Below are positions 40,451-48,900 of a stretch of 64,000 nt of DNA, in pieces (within the stretch, counting starts at the first letter, position 1; every line of letters starts with the position of its first letter). Made by a program: the position numbers and the translations under genes. The stretch is taken from contig JBEKDT010000014.1 of assembly GCA_050014195.1 (NCBI GenBank), forward strand, positions 75,967-139,966, written 5' to 3'. The DNA comes from Desulfomonilia bacterium (GTDB taxonomy: Bacteria > Desulfobacterota > Desulfomonilia > UBA1062). Under the pieces are notes generated by a model. That model saw only the letters and a program-made list of their open reading frames with translations, ran no database searches and was not told the DNA's origin.

Positions 40451-40889
40451 GAAAAGGCTGGTTGTAGGCGTCGGCAACGAATATCGCAGGGACGACGGGA
40501 TCGGGATACGCCTTGCCGAGCGTGCATCGCTGCCGGGTGCCGATGTGCTGACAGTAAGCGGCATATACCCGGAGTTGGCAGAAACACTCAGCGAATATGA
40601 CATGGTCGTGTTCGTGGACGCGGCCGTTGAAGGAGACCCTGTCAAACTCAGCAGGATCTTCCCTGAAGAATCGAGTCTGCCCCTGTTCCACCAGATCACC
40701 TGCGGGGGTATCCTTGCACTGACCGAGGTGCTCTACCATACCTGCCCCGAGGCCTGGCTCCTTGCCATAAGAGGCTATGACTTCGAGCACGGGGAAGGGC
40801 TATCGGAAAAGGCCCAGGAAAATCTTTCACAGGCCCTTAAGAGTCTGGAGGGATTATTAGCCATCCTCATGTCAAGAAAAAATGATTGA
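40428..40889 (+). CDS. hoxW: Hydrogenase maturation protease (HoxW-like); start uncertain
   Basis: VVGVGNEYRRDDGIG, VFVDAA, FEHGEGLS. Confidence 0.8.
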   Translation: MTPGSDHKKRLVVGVGNEYRRDDGIGIRLAERASLPGADVLTVSGIYPELAETLSEYDMVVFVDAAVEGDPVKLSRIFPEESSLPLFHQITCGGILALTEVLYHTCPEAWLLAIRGYDFEHGEGLSEKAQENLSQALKSLEGLLAILMSRKND

Positions 40890-40944
40890 GGCATCACGTT
40901 TCAGTGCATAATTCTGCATACCTACAATTTTGCGGTTTTCCAGC

Positions 40945-40973
40945 TTGACTGGACTTCTAGAAATTTCTATCAT
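40945..40973 (+). promoter_or_regulatory. Sigma-70 promoter for the riboswitch-MutS operon
   Basis: TTGACT-17 bp-TATCAT just upstream of the riboswitch. Confidence 0.6.
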
Positions 40974-40985
40974 TTGACCGTTACA

Positions 40986-41037
40986 AAGGGATGGAGTTCC
41001 CCTGACAAACGCCCGGGCCGGGCTGATAACTCCTACC
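40986..41037 (+). ncRNA. Fluoride (crcB) riboswitch #1
   Basis: GGGATGGAGTTCCCC...AAACGC...GCTGATAACTCCTAC matches the crcB consensus. Confidence 0.85.
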
Positions 41038-41378
41038 ACGCGGCGGTAGAGTTGAAGCTGTGCGTCCGCATCATGGCCCAGGAGGTGTTTGTCTCATGAC
41101 TTTCCACAGCATATTATTTGAAAGAACTGAAGATAGCACAAAAAAAGAATCGCTTGAAGCGCCCGCCTTTTTTGTTGATTTGAATCTTGATCAGGTTATC
41201 GACACCATCACGGCCGGCAGGAAGGAATATAATTTAAAGCCGTTTTTTTACACTTCCCTGTCCGATATCGACACGATCAAGTATCGTCATGAAATAATGC
41301 AGGATCTGGAAAATAAAACGGAAGTATGTACTTTACGCAATAATTGCTCTTTCATCCCCAATGCCTCCATCTGGTGCC

Positions 41379-41528
41379 TTACTTACTTTGGCCCTTTGAT
41401 GGTTTTTTCTTTTTCAATGATTCCTTGACTGCGTCCTGCCAATCGCCATCAATTTTAAGTAATTTAGGTTTTGGACCAGGGGCCGTAATTTTGGCTCTAC
41501 GCCTCTTTGTATGACAGATATCACTCAT
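41379..41528 (-). CDS. Small basic IS passenger peptide (49 aa)
   Basis: [49 protein letters not shown] with AAGGGAG RBS; below the ORF-track cutoff. Confidence 0.55.
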   Translation of the reverse strand: MSDICHTKRRRAKITAPGPKPKLLKIDGDWQDAVKESLKKKKPSKGQSK

Positions 41529-41706
41529 GCCGTATGTTCTCCCTTATGTAACTGCTGGCATAATTACTATTGACAGTTACGGCAAAGGTTATTAAGCAGA
41601 AGACAACCATGATGGCATTTCTTATGGATCGGATGGAATTTCCTTGTATTTCAATATCAATGGTGATACAGTAACGACAGGTCAAATAAATGGGAGGTGA
41701 TGATTT

Positions 41707-42120
41707 ATGAGTTTCGAGATTTTCTCTCGCAAAGCAACATATCGTGGAGTCCCGTCTGTAACGTTTACGAAGACAGGCCGAATGGCATTTAATAAGGCCG
41801 CAACTGCTATCTTTGAAAAGAATGCAGTGGAGAACGTCCTCCTGCTGTGGGATAAAGACAAACGACTTATTGGGGTGCGGCCCATAACTAAGAAGGATAA
41901 CCGGGCTTATTTTGTGAGCGCTGGGACTAGAAAAAACGGGTGTGGATTCACAGCAATGACTTTTGTTAAGTACATTGGACTTGATATTTCGAGTTCTAGG
42001 GCTTTTCCTACCCGTTGGGATGAGCTGGAAGAAATGTTTTTGATTGAAGTGCCGGAAGAATATCTTAATAAGGATGGTGTCCCATCGAAGGGAAAAAAGA
42101 AACCAACTGAGGGAGCCTAA
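41707..42120 (+). CDS. Hypothetical IS passenger protein (137 aa)
   Basis: Strong GGGAGGT RBS; no family recognised. Confidence 0.7.
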   Translation: MSFEIFSRKATYRGVPSVTFTKTGRMAFNKAATAIFEKNAVENVLLLWDKDKRLIGVRPITKKDNRAYFVSAGTRKNGCGFTAMTFVKYIGLDISSSRAFPTRWDELEEMFLIEVPEEYLNKDGVPSKGKKKPTEGA

Positions 42121-42195
42121 AAAATGTCTGCTGTAAAGACAGAAACCCCCTGATGCTGTAACATCAGGGGGCACATCAAAGAAAGGAGGAACGAC

Positions 42196-42285
42196 ATGTG
42201 CTGTAGGGTTCATCGTTCCACCAAGAGGATTGTGGTTACAATCCGTTTAAAATGGATTGAAATCACAATTGTCTTTCCTCCATAG
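42196..42285 (+). CDS. 29-aa peptide MCCRVHRSTKRIVVTIRLKWIEITIVFPP
   Basis: AAAGGAGG RBS 6 nt upstream; flanked by hairpins at 42145-42170 and 42312-42336. Confidence 0.5.
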   Translation: MCCRVHRSTKRIVVTIRLKWIEITIVFPP

Positions 42286-42348
42286 GGCCTAACGGCTCTT
42301 TGGGGAAGCATGCCGGAGAGCACTGCGCTCTCCGGCCTTTAACTACAA

Positions 42349-42447
42349 GCGGGCGTGGCGGAATTGGAAGACGCGCTGGCCTTGGATGCCAGTGGGTGCC
42401 TTGCTTAAGGGATAACACCCGTGCGGGATCGAAGCCCGTCGCCCGCA
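42349..42447 (+). tRNA. tRNA-like gene: Leu-type body, anticodon TGG (Pro), 30-nt variable region, no encoded CCA
   Basis: Acceptor GCGGGCG/CGCCCGC + A73; D-arm TGGCGGAATTGGAAGACGCG; anticodon arm CTGGC-CTTGGAT-GCCAG; T-arm GCGGG-ATCGAAG-CCCGT. Confidence 0.8.
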
Positions 42448-42493
42448 TCTTTATATATAAAGATAGCATCGTTTTATCATTTTGTCAAAAATT

Positions 42494-43480
42494 TCATATA
42501 ACCTTTAAAGATGTATCTTTTGGAGACTTATACATCAACCGTTTTCCCTCAGCTGAATGTATGGCTCTGATTACACGATCACCATCATTCAATGTACGAT
42601 TATTCCAAATAAAGTCAAATTGCCAGAGATAACGATGAAGATGTTCATGGCTGACATTATGGTAGATTCCAACTATCCCACGTTTTACAACTGCGAAGGA
42701 TGATTCGGCTGTATTGGTATGAACATCTCCACGAACATATTCATGCGTGGAATGACATACTTTATCATGACCGCCCATAAAGAAGGAACCAATTCCTCTG
42801 TATGCTTTATAATCATCTGTGATAATACGTGATCTAACATCTACTTCTTGTTTTATGGCTGAATGTAATGTTTCTCCTGTAACGTCTGCTACGACACGAC
42901 GTCTAATATGACCATTTCTTTCGACGGCTGCAAATACAGGAGTTTTGCTTGTCCCGCGACCTCGTTTATGTATCTTCCCATCTCCATAACGAGGCTTACC
43001 ACCTATATAGGTTTCATCACATTCGACTATTCCATTAAGTTTTTCTGTATTAGAATCTGGTGCCATTGCATAACGGATTCTATTCATCAGAAACAATGCC
43101 GACTTGTAACTAATCTGACAATGTCGCTTAATTTCCAATGCTGCTACACCTTTCTTTGAGGTTGAGGCTCTCCAAAATGCATAACACCAATGGCGAAGAT
43201 CAATCCGCGATTCTTGATATACTGTTCCAATTCTGACAGTATATTGATTGTTACAATCCCGACAACGCCACAAAAAACGCTTATTCCGCATCCCAGTTTT
43301 AGAATCACTCATTTTGTATACTTGTGTACTTCCACAATGAACACAGGTCGGCTTATCTCCCCATCTCTGCTTTTCAAAGAACTCAACGGCTGCTAGTTCA
43401 TCGCAACAAGCTAATGGCATATCTTCAATAATGTCAGATTTTGCTAAATTCGAATGGTCGATTTTTTTATTTTTCTTCAT
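42494..43480 (-). CDS. IS1595-family transposase
   Basis: Zn ribbon CVHC...CRDC, VECDETYIGG, IITDD, VHTNTAESSF, HLHRYL. Confidence 0.93.
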   Translation of the reverse strand: MKKNKKIDHSNLAKSDIIEDMPLACCDELAAVEFFEKQRWGDKPTCVHCGSTQVYKMSDSKTGMRNKRFLWRCRDCNNQYTVRIGTVYQESRIDLRHWCYAFWRASTSKKGVAALEIKRHCQISYKSALFLMNRIRYAMAPDSNTEKLNGIVECDETYIGGKPRYGDGKIHKRGRGTSKTPVFAAVERNGHIRRRVVADVTGETLHSAIKQEVDVRSRIITDDYKAYRGIGSFFMGGHDKVCHSTHEYVRGDVHTNTAESSFAVVKRGIVGIYHNVSHEHLHRYLWQFDFIWNNRTLNDGDRVIRAIHSAEGKRLMYKSPKDTSLKVI

Positions 43481-43488
43481 ATATTAAT

Positions 43489-43516
43489 ATTATACTTAAC
43501 GCAAAGCATTTGTCAA
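43489..43516 (-). promoter_or_regulatory. Consensus sigma-70 promoter of the transposase (near-leaderless)
   Basis: TTGACA-16 bp-TATAAT on the minus strand; ATG 8 nt after the -10 box. Confidence 0.7.
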
Positions 43517-44879
43517 GGGGCAAATGATATTTTTTAGCGTTTGCGTAAAGTACATACTTCCGAAATAAAATTCTCTTTGAGAATATAAAAACATTTGCAC
43601 AAGAAATGCGCGCAATGCGACAGCATCTTGCCCTGGTGGAAGAGCTTCACTACAAATACCACAAGGAAGGATGGTTTTTAGAAACAATAGATATTTATTG
43701 TGAAGCCGTTCATCGCCTGGTACACGAGTTAACCCTTGCAGATTTAAAATCGCGCGGCTTTTTAGCCTTCCGGGAGTATATAACGAACTATGCCAGATCC
43801 GACCATTTTATGTCCCTTTTAGCTGAAACGAAAAAGCTTAAAGCCGATTTATCCGCCGTAAAGTATTGCCTGCTCATAAAGGATAACAGCATCAAGGTTT
43901 GCACATATGAATCCGGAATTGATTACAGTGCAGATGTGGAGCAGACATTCGAGAGATTCAAACAGGGAGCGGTGAAAGATTACCGGGTCAAATTTTCCAC
44001 CGGGCCTGAAATGAACCATGTTGAAGAGAGAATACTGGATCAGGTAGCCCGATTGTATCCCAATATATTTTTAAGTCTCGATGATTATTACGCGAGGAAC
44101 GGCAATTTTCCAGATGAAACGATAGCCGTTTTCGACCGGGAGATACAATTTTACATCGCCTATCTGGAGCATATCGCACAATTCAAGCGAGTGGGATTAA
44201 AATTTTGTTATCCGAAAATTTCTACCCAGTACAAGGAAGTGTATGATTATGAAGGATTTGATTTAGCACTGGCCAATAAACTCATGAGTGAGAACTCATC
44301 CATTGTCTGCAATGATTTCTACCTGAAAGACAAGGAACGCATATTTGTAATATCCGGTCCGAATCAGGGAGGGAAAACAACCTTCGCCCGCACCTTCGGA
44401 CAGTTGCATTATCTGGCTACCATAGGTTGTCTCGTCCCAGGCAGAGAAGCACAACTCTTTTTGTTCGACAGGCTCTTTACCCATTTTGAAAAGGAGGAAC
44501 ACATCGAGAATCTCCGTGGTAAACTGCAGGATGACCTCGTCAGAATCCACAAGATTCTCAATCAGGCCACATCAAACAGTATTATCATAATGAATGAAAT
44601 TTTCACTTCCACAACACTAAAAGACGCTATTCTCCTGGGTAAGAGGATAATGGAAAAAATAATACAATTGGATTTGCTGTGCGTTTGCGTGACATTTATA
44701 GATGAACTGGCTTCTTTAAGTGAAAAAACCGTAAGCATGGTCAGCACGGTAGTTCCCGAAAATCCGACATTGCGAACATATAAAATAGTAAGAAGGCCTG
44801 CCGACGGACTTTCATACGCGATATCAATCGCCGAAAAGTATCGACTTACCTACGATTGTTTGAAGGAGCGGATAAAATC

Positions 44880-46451
44880 ATGAAGGCTTTCCTCATGTAT
44901 AAGGATCGTGATTTTGATCTCCAGCAGGAGTTGCCATGGAATGAACAAGCATTGACACAAGACCTGGAATTAAACACACTGTTTTCTGCCATGGCCCTCG
45001 GCAACACATTTTTGTTTGAAGTGGCAAAGAACGCTGTTTTGACCGGTTTCCATAATGATCCGGACACAATACGATATCGCCAAGATATTCTAAAAGATTG
45101 TCTGAAGAACTCTTCCATTGTGAGGGATATCTACGACATTGCTGTGGAAGCAATCGAAAGCAAGAGAAAACATTGGTATGGCATATTCAGACATGATTCT
45201 CCCACCTCGATACTGCATACTTCATTAGAAAAAATGCAGACATTTGTGGGCCTGCTTAAAAAAATAAAGAATATTGCTGATGAACACGCCGATAAATTCG
45301 AGTCGGAAGGCTTTAGGGCGTTCTTCGCGATGTTCGAAAAAGAACTTGGCGATGAATATTTTGCAGGCGTTCAACATCATCTAAGGGCGCTCAAATTCCG
45401 CAAAGGAGTTTTGATCAGTGCTGAATTGGGAACAGGCAACAAAGGTACCAATTACATACTTCATGAAACACACGAAAAAAAGCAGAGTTGGATGGAGTGG
45501 ATCTTTGCCGGAATACAGAGTTGGATGGAGCAGATCTTTGCCAAAAAAACGACCGGTTACACCTTTTATATCAGTGAACGTGATGAAAGCGGCTTCAGGG
45601 CCTTGGCAGGATTAAGAGACAGGGGGATCAACCACGCAGCCAATGCTCTCGCCCAATCTGGTGATCATGTTCTTAATTTCTTTATCATGTTGCGGACCGA
45701 ATTGGCTTTTTACGTTGGTTGTCTGAATTTACACGGGCACCTTGCCAAAAAAGGGGAGCCCATATCTTTCCCTCTGCCCGCGGCTCCCGGCGAACGCAGA
45801 CATTCTTTTCATGGATTATACGATGTCTGTCTGGCTTTAAACCTGGAACAAAGGATTGTGGGCAACGATGTGAATGCCGACAATAAAAACCTCGTGATAA
45901 TCACAGGCGCCAACCAGGGCGGCAAATCAACTTTTTTGCGAAGCATAGGTTTATCCCAATTGATGATGCAATGCGGCATGTTTGTGCCGGCTGAGTCTTT
46001 CTGTTCCAATGTCTGTGACGGTATTTTCACACACTACAAAAGGAAAGAAGACGTTACCATGAATAGCGGGAAACTTGATGAAGAACTCGGTAGAATGAGC
46101 GCTATCGTAGACAACATAACGGCAAATCCCATGATACTGTTAAATGAATCATTTGCCGCGACAAACGAAAGAGAAGGCTCGGAGATTTCAAGGCAGATAA
46201 TGTGTGCATTATTGGAAAGGCACATCAAGATTTTCTTCGTTACTCATGTATATACATTTGCGCATGGTTTTTATGACAAAAAAATGGAAAACGCCATTTT
46301 CTTGCGGGCTGAAAGGCAAAGCGACGGAGGACGAACTTTTAAAGTAATTGAAGGCGAACCATTGCAAACCAGCTATGGCGAAGATTTGTATAACGGGATA
46401 TTCGAAACCGACGCAAGCACTAAGGTGCGGGAGGCGCTGGACAGTGAATGA
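44880..46451 (+). CDS. MutS-like (domain V ATPase) protein B
   Basis: ATGA overlap with protein A; [30 protein letters not shown]. Confidence 0.88.
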   Translation: MKAFLMYKDRDFDLQQELPWNEQALTQDLELNTLFSAMALGNTFLFEVAKNAVLTGFHNDPDTIRYRQDILKDCLKNSSIVRDIYDIAVEAIESKRKHWYGIFRHDSPTSILHTSLEKMQTFVGLLKKIKNIADEHADKFESEGFRAFFAMFEKELGDEYFAGVQHHLRALKFRKGVLISAELGTGNKGTNYILHETHEKKQSWMEWIFAGIQSWMEQIFAKKTTGYTFYISERDESGFRALAGLRDRGINHAANALAQSGDHVLNFFIMLRTELAFYVGCLNLHGHLAKKGEPISFPLPAAPGERRHSFHGLYDVCLALNLEQRIVGNDVNADNKNLVIITGANQGGKSTFLRSIGLSQLMMQCGMFVPAESFCSNVCDGIFTHYKRKEDVTMNSGKLDEELGRMSAIVDNITANPMILLNESFAATNEREGSEISRQIMCALLERHIKIFFVTHVYTFAHGFYDKKMENAIFLRAERQSDGGRTFKVIEGEPLQTSYGEDLYNGIFETDASTKVREALDSE

Positions 46452-46638
46452 GGAAAGGTATCTTTTTATTCAGTTCATTTAATCGTCCAATATACTTTTT
46501 CAAATACTGTCCGGTATACGAGTGTTCGACGTGCACGATTTGGTCAGGGCTGCCCTTGGCAACAAGAAAGCCACCTTGATCTCCACCCTCGGGACCAAGA
46601 TCAATAATATGATCTGCGGACCTGATGATATCCATCAT
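46420..46638 (-). pseudogene. uvrA: UvrA C-terminal remnant
   Basis: [21 protein letters not shown]...SYTGQYL equals the extreme C-terminus of UvrA; rest of gene absent. Confidence 0.75.
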
Positions 46639-46682
46639 CTAAGTCGGCATGATAATGACTCCTCAGGTTTGGGTACTATTCG

Positions 46683-47972
46683 TTATTTCTTCACGCTGTA
46701 CAGAACGTCCTTACCCCTGAATACTGCACTTTCCCCTAATTCTTCTTCGATGCGCACGAGCTGGTTGTATTTGGCAAGGCGCTCGCTCCGGGAGGTTGAC
46801 CCTGATTTGATTTGTCCGGTACAGAGACCGACTGCAAGGTCGGCAAGCCATGGGTCCTCGGTCTCACCCGAGCGATGGGATATGACCGTGGTGAACCCGG
46901 CCCTCTTGGCGGTTTCAATAGTTTGCATTGTCTCAGTGATCGTTCCTATCTGGTTTACCTTGATGAGTATGGAGTTGGCACAACCCTCCTCAATGCCGCG
47001 TTTCAGGTACTTCATATTGGTTACGAAGATGTCGTCGCCCACGATCTGTACTTTATTGCCAAGGCGTTTCATGAGGAGTTGCCAACCGTTCCAGTCATTT
47101 TCCGCGAGGCCGTCTTCTATGGAAACGATAGGGTACTTCTTGACCAGCTCCTCATAAAAGTCGATCATCTCTTCAGAAGTCCTCTCGGGATCTTTTTCAG
47201 AGGCCAGGATGTATTTGCCGTCCTTATAGAACGAGCTTGCTGCAGGATCGATGGCAATTGCTATATCCTTACCCGGTTTATAGCCTGCCTTGCTGATGGC
47301 TTCCACGATGAGATCAAAGGGCTGGGTGTTATTCTTCAGATTCGGGGCGAAGCCACCCTCATCACCTACCCCTGTGCTGTAGTCATTTTTCTGGAGGATA
47401 TCCCGCAGGGCATGGAACGTCTCGGCTGCGTAGCGCAGGGCTTCTCTGAAATTCGGTGCGCCGATGGGTGTGACCATGAACTCCTGGAGGTCTACATTGT
47501 TGTCTGCGTGCTTGCCCCCGTTGATGATGTTCATCTGCGGAACCGGAAGCTCCCGGGCAAGGGCGCCGCCCAGATATCGATAGAGAGGGACACCAATGAA
47601 ATTAGCAGCTGCCCTGGCTGAGGCTATGGAAACACCTGTTGTGAGGTTGGCGCCGAGAACGGACTTGTTTTCCGTTCCGTCCAGTTCGATAAGCATGGAG
47701 TCAATGCCCGCCAGGTCCAGCACATCCATGCCGACAAGCTTGGGTGTCACGATCTTGGTCACGTTCTCCACAGCCTTGAGTACGCCTTTGCCCCGGTATC
47801 TCTTCTTATCTTCGTCCCTCAGCTCTACGGCCTCGCTTTCCCCCTTTGATGCACCAGAAGGAACCGATGCCCTACCCATTTCACCTGTTGAAAGGTGAAT
47901 GTCTATCTCAATGGTCGGATTACCCCGTGAATCTAAAATTTCCCTTGCAGCGACAGTAACAATCTTACTCAT
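46683..47972 (-). CDS. eno: Enolase
   Basis: [43 protein letters not shown]. Confidence 0.96.
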   Translation of the reverse strand: MSKIVTVAAREILDSRGNPTIEIDIHLSTGEMGRASVPSGASKGESEAVELRDEDKKRYRGKGVLKAVENVTKIVTPKLVGMDVLDLAGIDSMLIELDGTENKSVLGANLTTGVSIASARAAANFIGVPLYRYLGGALARELPVPQMNIINGGKHADNNVDLQEFMVTPIGAPNFREALRYAAETFHALRDILQKNDYSTGVGDEGGFAPNLKNNTQPFDLIVEAISKAGYKPGKDIAIAIDPAASSFYKDGKYILASEKDPERTSEEMIDFYEELVKKYPIVSIEDGLAENDWNGWQLLMKRLGNKVQIVGDDIFVTNMKYLKRGIEEGCANSILIKVNQIGTITETMQTIETAKRAGFTTVISHRSGETEDPWLADLAVGLCTGQIKSGSTSRSERLAKYNQLVRIEEELGESAVFRGKDVLYSVKK

Positions 47973-48037
47973 ATAATCCCCCTCGGTTCTCTTTGATTGT
48001 AAATCTCATACTCCATAGTCTGATGGTGGTCGTCTCG

Positions 48038-48499
48038 TCATTCAACCTTGCTGAAATCGGTCTTGAGGAGGAGCCTCATGGCATCCCGCATCTGCTCTTT
48101 TTGCCTGAGAAGGGCCAGGTCTTGGGGAGATTCCTGGAATTTTTCCAATGCATGGAAAAAGCGATCGAGGATATCGTCCTTGTAGGTCGGAATCAAAAAG
48201 ATATGGGTGTGGGGTATCCGCCGCCCACGGGCATACATAAAGATAAAATCCGATGAGAAAGCCTTCATCATCTTGTTGGCAATTGTTCTTGCCGCTTTGA
48301 ATACGTTCTCGGTCTCTTCCACGGTCATCTCATGCCACCAGGTCACATGCCTCTTGGGGATGACCAGGCAGTGGCCTCTGGTATAAGGATGTATGTCAAG
48401 TATGCATATGGAGGTATCATCTTCGTAGACCGGATATGCCAATTCCTTTCCGGCAACGATATCGCAGAATATGCACGGTGCCTTATCCTCTTGAGTCAT
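48038..48499 (-). CDS. HIT family protein (variant HxHxF motif)
   Basis: CIFCDIV, GHCLVIPKRH, IPHTHIFLIP. Confidence 0.82.
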   Translation of the reverse strand: MTQEDKAPCIFCDIVAGKELAYPVYEDDTSICILDIHPYTRGHCLVIPKRHVTWWHEMTVEETENVFKAARTIANKMMKAFSSDFIFMYARGRRIPHTHIFLIPTYKDDILDRFFHALEKFQESPQDLALLRQKEQMRDAMRLLLKTDFSKVE

Positions 48500-48511
48500 A
48501 GTGCCTCCTTT

Positions 48512-48685
48512 TTAGCGTAAGCTGGAAAGCATAAGCGACGGCTCTACGGTAAAATGTGAAATATCATTCATGTAACGAGGCCGCCTTTGAGCGTGCCCTT
48601 GCATGCATTGAACGAATGAGGACTGTGTTCTTGAAGGGAATTGTATAATGCCAGAAGCCGGATGACTTTTAAGGGCAAGCGCCAT
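48512..48685 (-). CDS. 57-aa leader ORF; N-terminus resembles the start of the dynamin-like gene
   Basis: MALALKSHPASG... behind GAAGGAG RBS directly after riboswitch #2. Confidence 0.4.
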   Translation of the reverse strand: MALALKSHPASGIIQFPSRTQSSFVQCMQGHAQRRPRYMNDISHFTVEPSLMLSSLR

Positions 48686-48707
48686 ACATTCTCCTTCAGA
48701 TTTCTCT

Positions 48708-48757
48708 GACAGGAGTCATCAGCCTACCCGGCGGTTATGGGGGACTCCATCCCTGAT
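48708..48757 (-). ncRNA. Fluoride (crcB) riboswitch #2
   Basis: Minus strand GGGATGGAGTCCCCCATAACCGCC...GGCTGATGACTCCTG. Confidence 0.88.
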
Positions 48758-48900
48758 CTTCGTTAAATGTGTACTGTATTAAGGGTAAAGCTGTCAATCA
48801 CGAGCTGGAACATTCCATTAACCTCTCCAGCCGGAAATATCATTACCCTTGAGCACGTTTTATACTCTCGCCTTACAGGTTTCTTCATTCATCAGTACAC

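Larger units (their letters stand above)
41319..43562. mobile_element. IS1595-family element with passenger genes (2244 bp)
   Basis: Perfect 22-bp TIRs CGGAAGTATGTACTTTACGCAA (41319-41340 / 43541-43562); 8-bp TSD AAATAAAA (41311-41318 / 43563-43570). Confidence 0.95.
41096..44883 (+). pseudogene. MutS-like (domain V ATPase) protein A, interrupted by an IS1595 element
   Basis: 41096-41318 and 43571-44883 rejoin in frame (QDLENK-ILFENIKTFAQEMRAM) after removing the IS and one TSD; SGPNQGGKTT. Confidence 0.9.

Noticed and set aside
41521-42213. 230-aa minus-strand ORF in the IS
   Set aside because: Overlaps the + strand 137-aa ORF, which has a strong RBS; composition is not protein-like.
42349-42447. 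Ordinary tRNA-Pro, tRNA-Sec, or integration (att) site
   Set aside because: Lacks Pro identity features (C1:G72, short variable loop); acceptor/T arms are 7/5 with no UCA anticodon; it lies inside the TIRs with no duplicated 3' end or integrase.
46650-46667. TAATGACTCCT resembling the 3' half of a fourth fluoride riboswitch
   Set aside because: No upstream GATGGAGT half; better explained as a minus-strand RBS-like sequence or chance.
46522-47157. 211-aa + strand ORF
   Set aside because: Antisense shadow of enolase and the uvrA remnant.
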